Source of the DNA: Eutreptiella sp. 'Long Island Sound 2002'
Taxonomy: Eukaryota; Protista; Euglenida
Direction: 5' to 3'
DNA: 64,000 nt
NCBI GenBank assembly: GCA_964036045.1
Contig: OZ038378.1
Span: 23,064,001 to 23,128,000, forward strand
Shown: in pieces, positions 24,418 through 36,124 of the stretch
Layout of the letters: each line of letters opens with the position of its first letter
Numbering within the stretch: the stretch's first letter is position 1
Program-made: the position numbers and the translations under genes
Notes under the pieces: generated by a model
The model's input: only the letters and a program-made list of their open reading frames with translations
What the model was told of the DNA's origin: nothing
The model's database searches: none

Positions 24418-25974
24418 GTATTTGACGGGCATGTTGTCGTGCGCACGCTGTGGGATCGGTCGATGCGTTTCTTGCGGTGTTGAGGGTGGGCGCGACCATA
24501 GTTGAGCGCACACCAGCGTACATGGCAGGCTCATCGCGTTTACAACCCTCCCTCCTCCCTCCTGCGGTTTGGTCGCCGTTTGAGAGACACGGCGACGCCG
24601 TACAAAAATGAAGTAACAGTATTGACTCGCAGGGGCATGCGTACCGGCAACACCGGAGGCCGCCCTGAAAAACTGAAACAGAACCCAAGGAAAAGCGTGA
24701 AAAGTTTTACCAACATGGTCGCTGTCACTGCCACTGCCACTCTTGCTGTCGTTTCCAATCCTGTACATTCACTCTCTACTCTTCTCAACCCCATACAAGT
24801 TCGGACTCCGTCCTGACGATCATCGCCCTGACGGTCACCGCTGCTCCCACTTTATCCAACATCCATTGGTCATTGTGGGATCAGCTCCGACTGGCTCCAA
24901 GGTTAGGTAAAACAATTTCCTTGCGACACCACGTTCCATCAGGACCGAGACCTGCTGCCACCACAGCTTTTTGAATTCCCGGACGCCTTCAAATGTCACA
25001 CCACACAAGCCGACTTCATCCCCCTGGCTGTCGCATATTTCTTGGAGGACGCAGCATTTAGCACCAAGCCTTCATCACAAATATTCAAGATGGAGCAAAT
25101 CAATAATCAGCGATGGGCCGCTGTATCCAACACTCAACGTAGTTTGTCCAGCATTTTTTCAGATTTGTTTTTCACTTGTCGATATTCTGCCAAGCAGTAC
25201 TCCCTCCAGCACTGGACACCATTCAATATTCAGGATTGAATATTGGTATTCATCCTTGCAGGGTCCCGTATCCACCATTGGGCATCAGCCTGCAACGTTC
25301 ATCATGCCGCATCCATCCTGCAACAAGCTGCATTCTGAATTCTTCTTCACACAGGGGACACAAGGCACCAAGAAAATCGCTTGAAGCATGCAATTTTGCA
25401 CTGGGACGTTCACCTGCGGCTTAGTCTGTCTCGTCTTGTAAAAATTTGGCGGCAGCTTCAGAGGATCGCTCAGTATTCCGCTCAGTACCACGATTCTGCC
25501 GGATCTCAGACCTTTTTGATTTCCGGCGTCATGCATGTACGGCCTCGTGCAGTGCAATGCATTGTTTTGCCCCATACAGAGCCGCACAAGTCACACTGTG
25601 GCTTGGCCTCTGCTGTCCACTTGTTCAATATTGCTCCATTGTATGCCGGTTCCTGGTTTCATTCTCCGTTCTTCGTGCTGCGTGTGTGGGAACGCGCCAC
25701 AAATAAAAAGGCATGGGGTCTCTGCTCTGGGGGTTGGGCAAGGCAGCAGAAAGGGGGAGAGAGGCGCAGACAAGTGCACCATTCAGCGGATGTGGTCCCA
25801 ACACTTCTGCACGTGGTGCACCGTTGAAAAATAAGCAGTGTTTTTTTTTTTTGAGGAGTCGCGTGCCTTCTTTGGCGTCCCCCTGACGGTGTACATGCGT
25901 AACAAACTACTGGGACCTGAGGGTCCTGCCATGGGAGTCTCCCACACAGGACACTGTCAGTGTTGTTAGCCAGT

Positions 25975-26275
25975 CAGTCACTGTCTCTGTTGTCCATCAG
26001 CAACAGTAGCGCCGCCGTGAGTGACGTGCCGCAGTGAATGATGTGCCGGTCCAAGTTGCTGTTGCCATGCAGCACAGTCTACAGGTGGGGGGCATTGCAA
26101 TGTATGTATTGCGTGAATTGCTGCAAGGTGCCGGACCCATTTATTGGAGACAGGGTTGAAGCTGGTCCAAGACCAAGCACCAGGCAACAGGCTCTGAGTG
26201 TATCCCAGGCTGCACAGCTGGTTCAGCACAACCATGTGGAGGTGATCATGTGGATGGAAGCAGGATGCCTGCAGG
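25975..26275 (-). CDS. Possible terminal exon(s) of an unidentified minus-strand gene (...TVLHGNSNLDRHIIHCGTSLTAALLLLMDNRDSD*)
   Basis: Segment starts after a ctgtag acceptor, has GC-rich third codon positions and ends in TGA. No family recognised. Confidence 0.3.
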
Positions 26276-28473
26276 AGGGCGCATGCATTGCCAGATTCAT
26301 TCAATGTGTTTGTACGCACGATCTTTCTGCATGTGAATATGTGTTTGCGTGTGTGTGTGTGTGTCTGTGCGTATGTTTGATCATGACGCTTTTGTGATTG
26401 GGCCTGAAAAGTTGTTACGACCAGTGCCTGCCTGCCTGTCTTGGGTATCCACAGTGGGTTGGTTCATTTGATCTCCCACGCAGCGTGTGTGTTTGTCCGG
26501 ATGCGTGCGCGTGTGTGTCCCGTCTATGACGCCATCTATACCTCTGCTATCTATAACCCCCCTCCCTATCTCCCTCGCTCTCTTTCTCCTCCCTCTTTCT
26601 GCGCACGCATGCGCGTGGCCGCAGGCAGGGGGGCGCATTCGTCATGTTGCGTGCGTGTAGGGTGTAGGCACAGGATGATGTTTGCTTAACAGAGGATTCT
26701 GTAGGTTTGTCTCTGTCTGACTCTGTCTGTCTGTCTGTCTGTCTGTTTGTGTGGATGTTTGCGTCCACAATTTGACGCGTTTTTTGTTCCGCTATTGCAG
26801 CCTGACAGGACATCTTTGAGGCATGCAGCTTACTCTTTCGCTGTCTGTCTGCATGCATTATTGTCTTGTGTGTTTTGGGGGGGAGGTGCAGAGGCCATGC
26901 ATATTTTGTGGTGCGCTGTGTGACTGTGTGTGTTCTGTGCCACTGCTGTGGTGTGCAAATGTAATATTATGACCGATTGGCTCGGGTTTGTAGCAATGTT
27001 ACTGATGGCAGATGCCCAGAGAATGTAATTTGCATGTGCAACAAATCCCTCTGTCTTGGGCTCTGTCCATACTTTACTCTGCAAGGTTTCAAGGTGTGGC
27101 GTTTGGTGTCCTGTGGTGTATTTTAGTCGAAAAAGTGCTCATTGGAGCCAGTATTTACTTCAACAATCTCACTTCGTTATGTCTGGAACAAGAACCACGT
27201 GCTCTGCGCAACCCACTCACATACATACACCACATGCAAAATCTTTGTGACTGTTCCGACGTAGTCCCCTCCACAGACCCTGGGCAGGCCCCAGGCAGAC
27301 CGTTTCCAAACCATATGTAAGGACCGACCTGATTCCCATTGGGAGCCATGGTTGGCCATCGGGAGTGAATCCCACCCCTATCCTCAGGGCATGCTCACCC
27401 CATCTTTTATCTTCATGTATGTGCAGACAATGGGCCGCAGTCAACGCGTGGTGTCGGCGTTTGCCGGGCTGCATGTACAACAGGTTCAGGGCAGGTCTGC
27501 AGCTGGTGCCAGTTACGTTTGTCAACATTTGTATTGCAATGTTTGTGTTGCGTTGTGGCGGCAGGTAGAATGTTGTTTGATTTCTGGTTGACCGCAGTGC
27601 GGTGTATAGTTATGCAGCTCATGTTGTGGTGTAGTTGTAGGCCTATGTTTCCTGCTGCAATTCGCCACTGCCTGCCTCTACCCAAGAAAACGTGTGGTGT
27701 GATTTGTCAGTCATTTTTGCTAATCTGAGCACGGCTGGGGGGCGATGGAGATCGGAATTGTGTAATTGCTTTCATTGTTCATAGATCTGTGGCAGATTTT
27801 GCGTCCAGTGCGTGCAGTGAGGTTGCTGCACTGCATCTGGGATGAGCACGTATTTTTAGATGAAACCCCCACCAGCTGCATGCAAGACACACTTTGCAGG
27901 TGGTTTGTGGATGGAACTGGCCAGTCGTTCAATGATTTCTTTCGGGCGCCTCTGTTTGTTCTTGATATGATGCATATCTAAGGAGGGCTGCAGAGGGTTG
28001 CAGAAAGGTGAAGGTGATAGAGCATGCAAGGATTGTTAGTGTTTCATATTCACTGTGCAACAGTTAATGTCGAATGTTCCCCATGTTTTTACTGCAGTTT
28101 TGGGTTGGACTCCCAGGACCCACCCCTCCCCCCCCCCCACCCCGCAATGTGCTGCCCAGGCCACACAGCAGGGCATTGATACAGGAAACACCCACCGCAC
28201 ACTGCATGGGCAGTAAATCCCTGAAACAATTGGCGAAATGCCTGAACATGCGGTGCACCACTGATGGGTAACACTTGGTGATCCAGAACCCTCTGGCCCT
28301 GTGTTACATTCCCCACATCAGTGCTGGTGAGCACCCTCCAAACTTCACTGTCTTGGAAACGTTTTTGTGTGAAGCATGGCCGGTGTCGGTGTAGGAGGGA
28401 CACCAAGGGGCAGAGGCACTTATGAGCAGAGGGACAACTGCCCCACTCTCATGCAGTGAAAATATTTTTATAT

Positions 28474-29000
28474 GCACGAAGTCGCCCCCCCTTGCCCCCA
28501 CACCCCCTACCTCCGCCCCCCCCCTACCCCCCGGGGGAGGTGGGGGTGTGGGGGTGGGGAAGTAGGGGGGTAGGTAGGTACGTCTACCCGTACACCACAC
28601 CAAGGGGGCCTGTAGTGTGTAGATACAGTCTGCTACAAGTAGACGCGGTCTGCTAATTGTAGACGCTGTCGGCATGTCGTTGATGTGAAGTGACAATATT
28701 TGGGAAGAGGGCCGAAGGCCCCCTTCCAAAAAACGGGCCGCTCACGTCGTTTACCTGTGCACCCATGAACATCTATAAGGTGCGCCAACCTGTGAGGCGC
28801 GGAGCGCCGAACTGGCCCCGAGGTAGGGGGAGGTGGGGGGGGGGGGGGCGAGGTACGGGGGGTATGGGTGGAGGTCGGGGGGTTGGCCTCCCCCCCCTAC
28901 CACCCATACCCCCCCAACCCCTCCCACCCTCCAAACCTACCCCCCCATCCCCATCCCCCCCTTTACCCCCGAGGTAAAGGGGGGGGGGGCGACTTCGTGC
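28474..29000. mobile_element. MITE-like element with TIR GCACGAAGTCGCCCCCCC and a G/C-run-rich interior
   Basis: gcacgaagtcgccccccc at 28474 and gggggggcgacttcgtgc ending at 29000. Confidence 0.75.
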
Positions 29001-29084
29001 GATACCTGTTTTCCCCGGCTGTTAGGGGGGAACGTTAGCGCGCCGGGCGCGCGCCGGGCATCTTTTGTGACCCGTGCCCTACCG

Positions 29085-29470
29085 GTGGACTGTTGCCGTT
29101 GATATGTTGGGCAACATTATATGGATTTGCCCCTTGGCCCCCGGGACATCAGCAGATGTTTTGATTTGGGATGGGTATGGACCTTCTCGTACCCGAGGTG
29201 ATTTCTTTGATTTCGAAGTTGGGGGCCATGATGGTGCTTATAAGGGCCGGATTCATGTCATTGTGCCATTCATTGTTACAATGACGTGCACGGGTTGTAT
29301 AGGGCACGCATTGAGCAGCCGTTTCCTCGGTTGTGGCACGCAAGATGAGGCAGAGGATGAGGCAGAAGTGTGTGTGTTGTGTTGCCAGAACGCTCCACCG
29401 TCGCAGTTTGTGATGAGTGTAAGGAGCACTATTGTACTGAATGTATTGACACCCACACTTGTGGGACCAA
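29085..29470 (+). mobile_element. Internally deleted copy of the DDE_Tnp_4 transposase with B-box-type finger
   Basis: High nucleotide identity to 38838-39440, with two internal deletions. Confidence 0.85.
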
Positions 29471-29477
29471 TGTTATG

Positions 29478-29630
29478 ATGCAGCTCTACTGTTCGCGATA
29501 CCTCAATAGCGCCTATCGCTTCTACCGGAGATCGATGCGGTTGTGCTATCCTAACCCCCCATTCTCCCAACTTGCTAAGGTGTTGACCAAGATCGCCCTT
29601 AAAGGAGCGAGAGTGGTGCTGTGTACCCTA
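29478..29630 (+). pseudogene. Fragment of a Dam-like N6-adenine methyltransferase of the type carried by DIRS-like retroelements
   Basis: QLYCSRYLNSAYRFY..MRLCYPNPPFSQLAKVLTKIALKGARVVLCT: an NPPF catalytic motif followed by the VL.KI....V.L..P pattern. Confidence 0.65.
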
Positions 29631-32600
29631 GTTTGCAACTTTCTTGAGCTGGGGCAGTTTGGGTCACCTAGTTCTAAGGGTGTTTCCAAGGGGTGTGCTT
29701 GGGGGCTCTTCGGGGGGAACATGGTCTAAAAGTAGCGCGCCGGGCGCGCGCCGGGCAAACATTCCCCCTAGGTAGCCCGACAGGCTGCCCACTTCTTGCA
29801 GTTATTTGAATGTGCCCTCTCCACCCCCAAACCCAAGGGGTGGGCAACTAAGCCACCTATCCATGATTGGAGGATTCCCTCCTCAAAAGGTGAACATATA
29901 TGCACACCCGGAAGTGCCAACTGGCATGCTCTTTTAGCCTTCATGGCACCCCCCGCATTTCCCTCATGTCCGTTAGTAGAGTATGTGTTGGTCTGCACCT
30001 CTCCTTGTGATTGTGTCAACAATCAATCCAACACCCCGCCTGAATTGCGTGAAAGGGTTTCGTTATGTGGAGCATGTTGTGGAGACCCAGACTATTAGCC
30101 TGCATCCCACCTCCAAAAAATGTGTTGCTCTCAATCAATAACAGCACATCAAACAAAAGACAAAGCACTGGACACCAGTTGTATTGCACATGGCCTTGGG
30201 GGTGGCCTGGGTGGCAAGGTCAAAATGCAAACAAACTTTCTTTAGGCCCCACTTTGGCTAGCAGCAATTGTGGTCAGTTTTTGTGACCCCCAAGATGTTC
30301 AAAATGATCCATGTTCTATGACAACTATTTTGAGGTGTGTAGATTAGGTCCTGCCCCGAAACGAAATTCTTGTGGAAAGAATCAGGTGCGGGGACAATGG
30401 GTCATTTCATATTGGAGATCATTTTGACTTTTGTGTGCAGGACCTATGGCTCACAGTGAACCATTCATGACCAGGCTTGATAGCCATTGCACAAGCTCCA
30501 TATTGTGCAAATCCCGACCCCCTATAAATCTTGGATTGTGTCTTTTTTTGTCACCGGCTTGTGCCCATGGTTTGGCTAGCGGATTACCAGCAGCGCCTTT
30601 GACGCCGCCAACACCACGCCCGCAAAAGACCGCTGCCAATTGTTCCCGCATGGCTAGGCACGGCGGCACTCCGGGATCCGCACATTTGTGACCGCTACTT
30701 TGGGTCCATGCAGCATGTTCTACGGTCCCGTTGGTCCAGCTTACCGACGATGTAGTCCGAGTGACCGATTTGATTTTGGGGGCATGGGCAGCCTGGATGC
30801 GTGCGGGAGCATACGTGCGTGAGAAGCCCATGTGGATCAAAGCAAATAAATTTGCGCCGCAACAATGGACTTTAGGATTGAAAGCGCTGACCGTTGTGGC
30901 TACGTCGTGCTAGCGTTTTTTGCTAGGCCAATGGTTCTTTGCACGGCGAGGCGACCTATTCCTAAACAATCCAATACACTAGCATATTGGCGTGCCTAGC
31001 TTTTGCCTTTGTGGGGCGTGGCACCCATCCCCAAACTCAAGCCATATCATTTTTGGAACCCCCCCCCCCCCACGCACAATGTACCATATGTCTCTAATCG
31101 ATGACAGCTGGGCATTAAGGTGAGAACAAAATTGATTCAAATTCGTGGTCGGGGGGTGTATTGTCAAGTACACGACTGTGCTAGTCTACTAGATGGCCCG
31201 CAAAGGGTGCTTGTGGAGGATTGCCAGCTTTGGCGAGTTGTATCGGATGTTTCAGAGCAATGGCAACGAGGGCATATCTAATCAACCCCAATGTGCTGAT
31301 ATCCTATATGCTCCTTTTGACTTTGTCACAAAGAGACACAAACACATCGCCAATCTCCAAATGCCCACGAATTCCTGTTTTGAAAAATACAGGCGCAGCC
31401 ACGTGGCTTTGGTTGGAATTATTAGTTGGGCCACTTGTAAATCACACTTGGGCATGGATTTTGTTTCCCATGATGCATAGGCTGTTTTCAGGTTGGAGGT
31501 CAGGGTGCCTACAGCAGTGTACAACACATACAACAGACAAGAAACAACACAATACAGAACAACCAGCAAGCAGAACACCGAGCAAAACTAAAGTTGCGCA
31601 CATTACTTTAGTCTTGCCAAGGGCTGGGGGGGGGGGGCGATATAGTCAGTGCAGACAGACCAAAACAATACAGACATTCAGCCATCTCAGTGTCACACTA
31701 CCTATTGTGTCATCAATAGCCAATGACTTTTTGCTGAGGCCGCTCACACACTATTTTGCGCCATAAGAAAAGCCAAGTGCGCGGCACCGCTGTGGACAAA
31801 CCCAACTGTACACTTGTAATTACTGTAGTTGGATAGCTGCGGAACCGGAGTGCTTGTCATGTGTGATATATCCAATGTCGTATGCGCCGTTGTGCATGCA
31901 CCACTGGGTTGGTCCGGGTTCCGTGAGATGGTGGCGAGTGTATCCGCCGGGGCCGGTTCGAAGTGCGTGTGTTGCAGGATTGTGTGAAGCGACCAAATTG
32001 GCCATCAAACATCAGACATCAGACTTTTATGGACCGCCATTACCCAAACCATAAACCCACCTCCCCCATCCCCCCTTGTGATGTAGTACACCCCCCCCCC
32101 AATGGAAGATGCCCCCCCCCCCCACAATGGTTTGCCCCCCCCCCTCTGGCCCTTCCCTAGTCCTTCCGACCCCCCCCCACTCATGAGTGCTTTTGTGCAT
32201 CAAGAAGTATGGAAAACGATTCGGAAAAGACCCCCCGCTTGGTGTTGTGTGTTTGTTTGTAGGAAGTATGGAAACTACACCCATTCACTACACTCTTCGA
32301 GGTGTAGATTTTCGTTCTGTGGCCTCAACCCTAGCGTTGTAGGGCCATCAAACACCATTGCACCGTAAACCAACAGATTTGGCGCATGTTTAGGCATATG
32401 TGCTCCCACACACAGACACACACACACACACTCACGCACACACACACACACACTTTGACATAGGCATAGGCATTGTTGGGGTGCCCTGGCTTCAAGCCTT
32501 GGTTGGTTGGGGGGGGTGCCTTTCCTTTCTTTGCACGTTTTTCACCGGGGGGGGGGGGAGACTTGAGAGAACTGCCTAGGGGGGGGGGATCGGTCAGGGG

Positions 32601-32749
32601 TGTGGGAGGGTGTTCTTTTCTTTATCTCAAAGGTGTTGCTTTTCACGCAATAAAAATGACAGCAATCAAAAAGCTCATTTCACAACTTGCAGGTGTGCCA
32701 TGCTATGTTGTGCAGTGTTGTGGTGTGTCTCCATAGGTCCCTGTAGGTC

Positions 32750-33202
32750 CCCCTTCAATTTTATAGCCCCCTCCTATCAATTTCAGAAGCCCCCCCGATC
32801 AATTTCATAGCCCCCCCCCCCCATCAATTTCATAGCCCCCATCAATTTCATAGGCGCCCCTATCAATTTCATAGCCCCCCCCCAAATCAATTTCTTAGCC
32901 CCCTCCCCCCCATCAATTTCATAGCCCCCTCCCCTGTATCAATTTCATAGGCACCCATATCAATTTCATGGCCCCCCCGTATTAATTTCATAGCCCCCCA
33001 CCCATCGATTTCATAGCCCCCCCCCCATCAATTTCATAGCCCCCCCTCCGATCAATTTCACTGGTCCCCCCCTATCAATTTGATAGCCCCCCGCCCTATC
33101 AATTTCATAGCCCCCCCCATCAATTTCATAGCTCCCCCCTATCAATTTGATTGCCCCCCCCCCCATTCAATTTTATAGGTCCCCCCCCTATCAATTTCAT
33201 AG
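32750..33202. repeat. Minisatellite ATCAATTTCATAG separated by variable C runs
   Basis: Direct reading; more than 15 units. Confidence 0.9.
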
Positions 33203-33824
33203 GCTTGTGTTTGTTGATACACATATGCATTGAAGGGTAGGCCGCGCGTTGCGCACACGGTACAACCTTGCTTCCCTCTTGGGGCTCCTCCCTACGTTCT
33301 ATAAGAGAACGGGGGGTGTCCCTAATTAGTCTTGCTTGCTTGCAGCTTGGTACTAGCGACCTACAAAGAGGCGTCCTCGAAGAAGGGTATAATACCCGGA
33401 GGGGCGTCTGATTGGCCAGTAACCAGTACCAGGCTGGCAGCTGCATCTTCGTTTTCACACAGGTGGGTATACAGGGGGGTGACATTGGACTTGCATCGTG
33501 CAGCTCTTCAACAACAAGAAATTTTTTTTCGTTTCATAAACCTAGGGGGTCCTCTCCTTGTGCGGATCCACCCCGTGTGTTAAAACACCTTTTGCGATGT
33601 GCACACAGTTCTCCCTTCCAAGCCCCATGGAGGGAACACATGGTGGTGTCCTCCTTGGGTTGGGGTTAGTGTGCCTTGGTGCCATTGCCCCATTCTTCAC
33701 ACTCTCACAGGTTAGCTACCCCATGTACCCCCGTAGGAGCGATAGGTGTGCATTAGGCTTCTTCAACGCCGAGTGTTTTAGTGAATGTGTGTAGGTGTGT
33801 AGGGATACCTGTTGAGGGGTCTAT

Positions 33825-36110
33825 AGTATAGCAGTCTAGAGTGGATGTGATGAATCCATGGAGGGTGTAGACCTTTCAAGGATTTATCACATGGGTTCCA
33901 CATTAGTGTGAAGTGGATGCGATGAATCCTTGGAGGGTGTAGACCCTTCAAGGATTCACCGCATGGGCTGTACACTAGTCTAGAGTGGATGCGATGAATC
34001 TTTGGAGGGTGTAGACCCTCCAAGGATTCATCGCATGGGCTGTACACTAGTATAGCATGGATGCGATGAATCCTTGAAGGGTCTACACCCTCCAAGGATT
34101 CACCGCATGGGCTGTACAGTGGATGCGATGAATCTTTGGAGGGTGTAGACCCTTCAAGGATTCATCGCATGGGTTGTACACTAGTCTAGCGTGGATGGGA
34201 TGAATCCTTGAAGGGTCTACACCCTCCAAGGATTCACCGCATGGGTTGTACACTAGTCTAGAGTGGATGCGATGAATCTTTGGAGGGTGTAGACCCTCCA
34301 AGGATTCATCGCATGGGCTGTACACTAGTATAGCGTGGATGCGATGAATCCTGGATGGGTGTAGACCCTTCAAGGATTCATCGCATGGGGGGCACGCTAG
34401 TCTGAAGTGGATGCGATGAATCCACTTTAGACTAGCGTGGAGCCCATGCGATGAATCCTTGGAGGGTGTAGACCCTCCAAGGATTCATCGCATGGGCTGT
34501 GCAGTAGTCTGGAGGGGATGCGATGAATCCTAGGGGGGTATAGACCCTCCTAGGATTCATCGCATGGGTTCTACACTGGTCTAGAGGGCACACGATGAAT
34601 CCTAGGGGGGTGTAGACCCTCCTAGGAATCATCGTGTGGTCTGTACATTGGTCTAGAGGGGACGCGATGAATCCTAGGGGGGTAGGCCCGCCTGGGATTC
34701 ATCGCCTGGGCTGTACACTAGTCTAGAACGCGATGATTCCTAGGGGGGTGTAGACCCTCCTAGGAATCATCGCGTGTTCTCTAGACTAGCGTAGAGGGCA
34801 CGCGATGATTCCTAGGGGGGTGTAGACCCCCCTAGGAATCATCATGTGGGCTGTACATTACTCTAGAGGGCACACAATGATTCCTAGGGGTGTGTAGACC
34901 CTCCTAGGGTTCATCGCGTGGTTTGTACATTGATCTAGAGGGGGCGCGATGAATCCTAGGGGCAGGGGTGTATGCTCACCGACTTTTCGGTGAGTGCGGT
35001 GAGTTCCCATTTTTGCCCGTTTTGCAGTCGGTGAGTGGTGGTGTGTAGTTTTTCATAACAGCGTGGGAAGGGGACTTCTCTTGCGTGTCTTGTACTGCTT
35101 GCATGGCTGGGGTTGTATTCAGGCTCAGGCTCAGACTCAACGGTGCAGTGTTCTCATGTTTCCCCCTTTTGTGCAGTGCTATGGATCCCCCAAGTTTTTG
35201 TGCACACAATGGTTCACTTTTTGTGAACAACAGTTGGGCACTCAAGCAGGAGTGGTGGACTAGTTATGATGCCTCAAGGAAGTTGACACGTTTCAAAGCA
35301 AAGGATGGGTATCCATATGCAATCCAAACCTTGTGCATTCCACACACCTCGTGTGACGTGGAGCGCTCCTTTTCCATGTGGAAAAATGTGCGCTCAGAAA
35401 AGCAATACAATATGCAACATGCGTTGCACAAAGCGTATGTCTCATTTGGATTCAACGGCGTCGTGGATGCCTCATAACAGCCGCATACTCAAAGGAAATG
35501 ATGTCCATGGTGTTGCAATGTGCCCATTTGCCATTTGTCATTTGCCAATTTGCCCATGTGCCATTTCCCCATCTTCGCTTTTGACCATTCAAACAATTTG
35601 CACCCATTTTGCACCCATTTTGCACCGTTTTGCACCGTTTTGCACCCGTTTTGCACCGTTTTGCACCGTTTTGCCCGTTTTGCCCGTTTTGCAAGGCCCC
35701 GGTGGTGAGTGGGTGAGTGTGGTGGCGGTGAGCATACAGGCCTGTAGGGGGGTGTAGACCCTCCTGGGATTCATTGCCTGGGCTGTACACTAGTCTAGAG
35801 GGCACGCGATGATTCCTAGGGGGTCATAGACCCTCCTAGGAATCATCGCGTGGGCCCTATACTAGTGTAGAGGGCACGTGATGATTCCTAGGGGGGTGTA
35901 GACCCTCCTAGGAATCATCGCGTGCCCTCTAGACTAGTGTAGAGGGCACACCATGATTCCTAGGGGTGTGTAGACCCCCCTAGGAATCATGGCGTGCCTT
36001 CTACACTAGTATAGGGCCCGCACGATGCCCTCTAGTCTAGAGGGGAGGCTAGAGGGGTGTACACGGTACAGGGGTGATGCGGTGATTCTTTTAAGGGTGT
36101 GGACCCTTCG
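33825..36110. repeat. 72-bp-period hairpin array (20-bp arm, GTAG/CTAC loop, 20-bp arm, 28-bp spacer), interrupted by a hAT element at 34963-35744
   Basis: gcgatgaatccttggagggt-gtag-accctccaaggattcatcgc units start at 33919, 33991, 34063 and onward; about 20 units. Confidence 0.95.
34963..35744 (+). mobile_element. Non-autonomous hAT element retaining the C-terminal dimerisation domain (ORF part about 35181-35477)
   Basis: TIRs caggggtgtatgctcaccg / cggtgagcatacaggcctg. TAGGGG is duplicated on both flanks. The ORF reads LCIPHTSCDVERSFSMWKNVRSEKQYNM. 10-bp (TTTTGCACCG)n subterminal repeats lie at about 35600-35690. Confidence 0.8.
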
Positions 36111-36124
36111 GGGAATCACCGCAC

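Noticed and set aside
27395-27470. ALTAAHC trypsin-like motif on the minus strand
   Set aside because: It is an isolated 5-residue match with no Asp or GDSGG motifs nearby, and the strand is ambiguous.
33825-36110. CRISPR-like or bacterial REP/BIME interpretation of the hairpin array
   Set aside because: The spacers are copies of one sequence rather than unique, there are no cas or RAYT genes, and the context is eukaryotic. GTAG is in the loop, not at the foot of the stem as in REPs.
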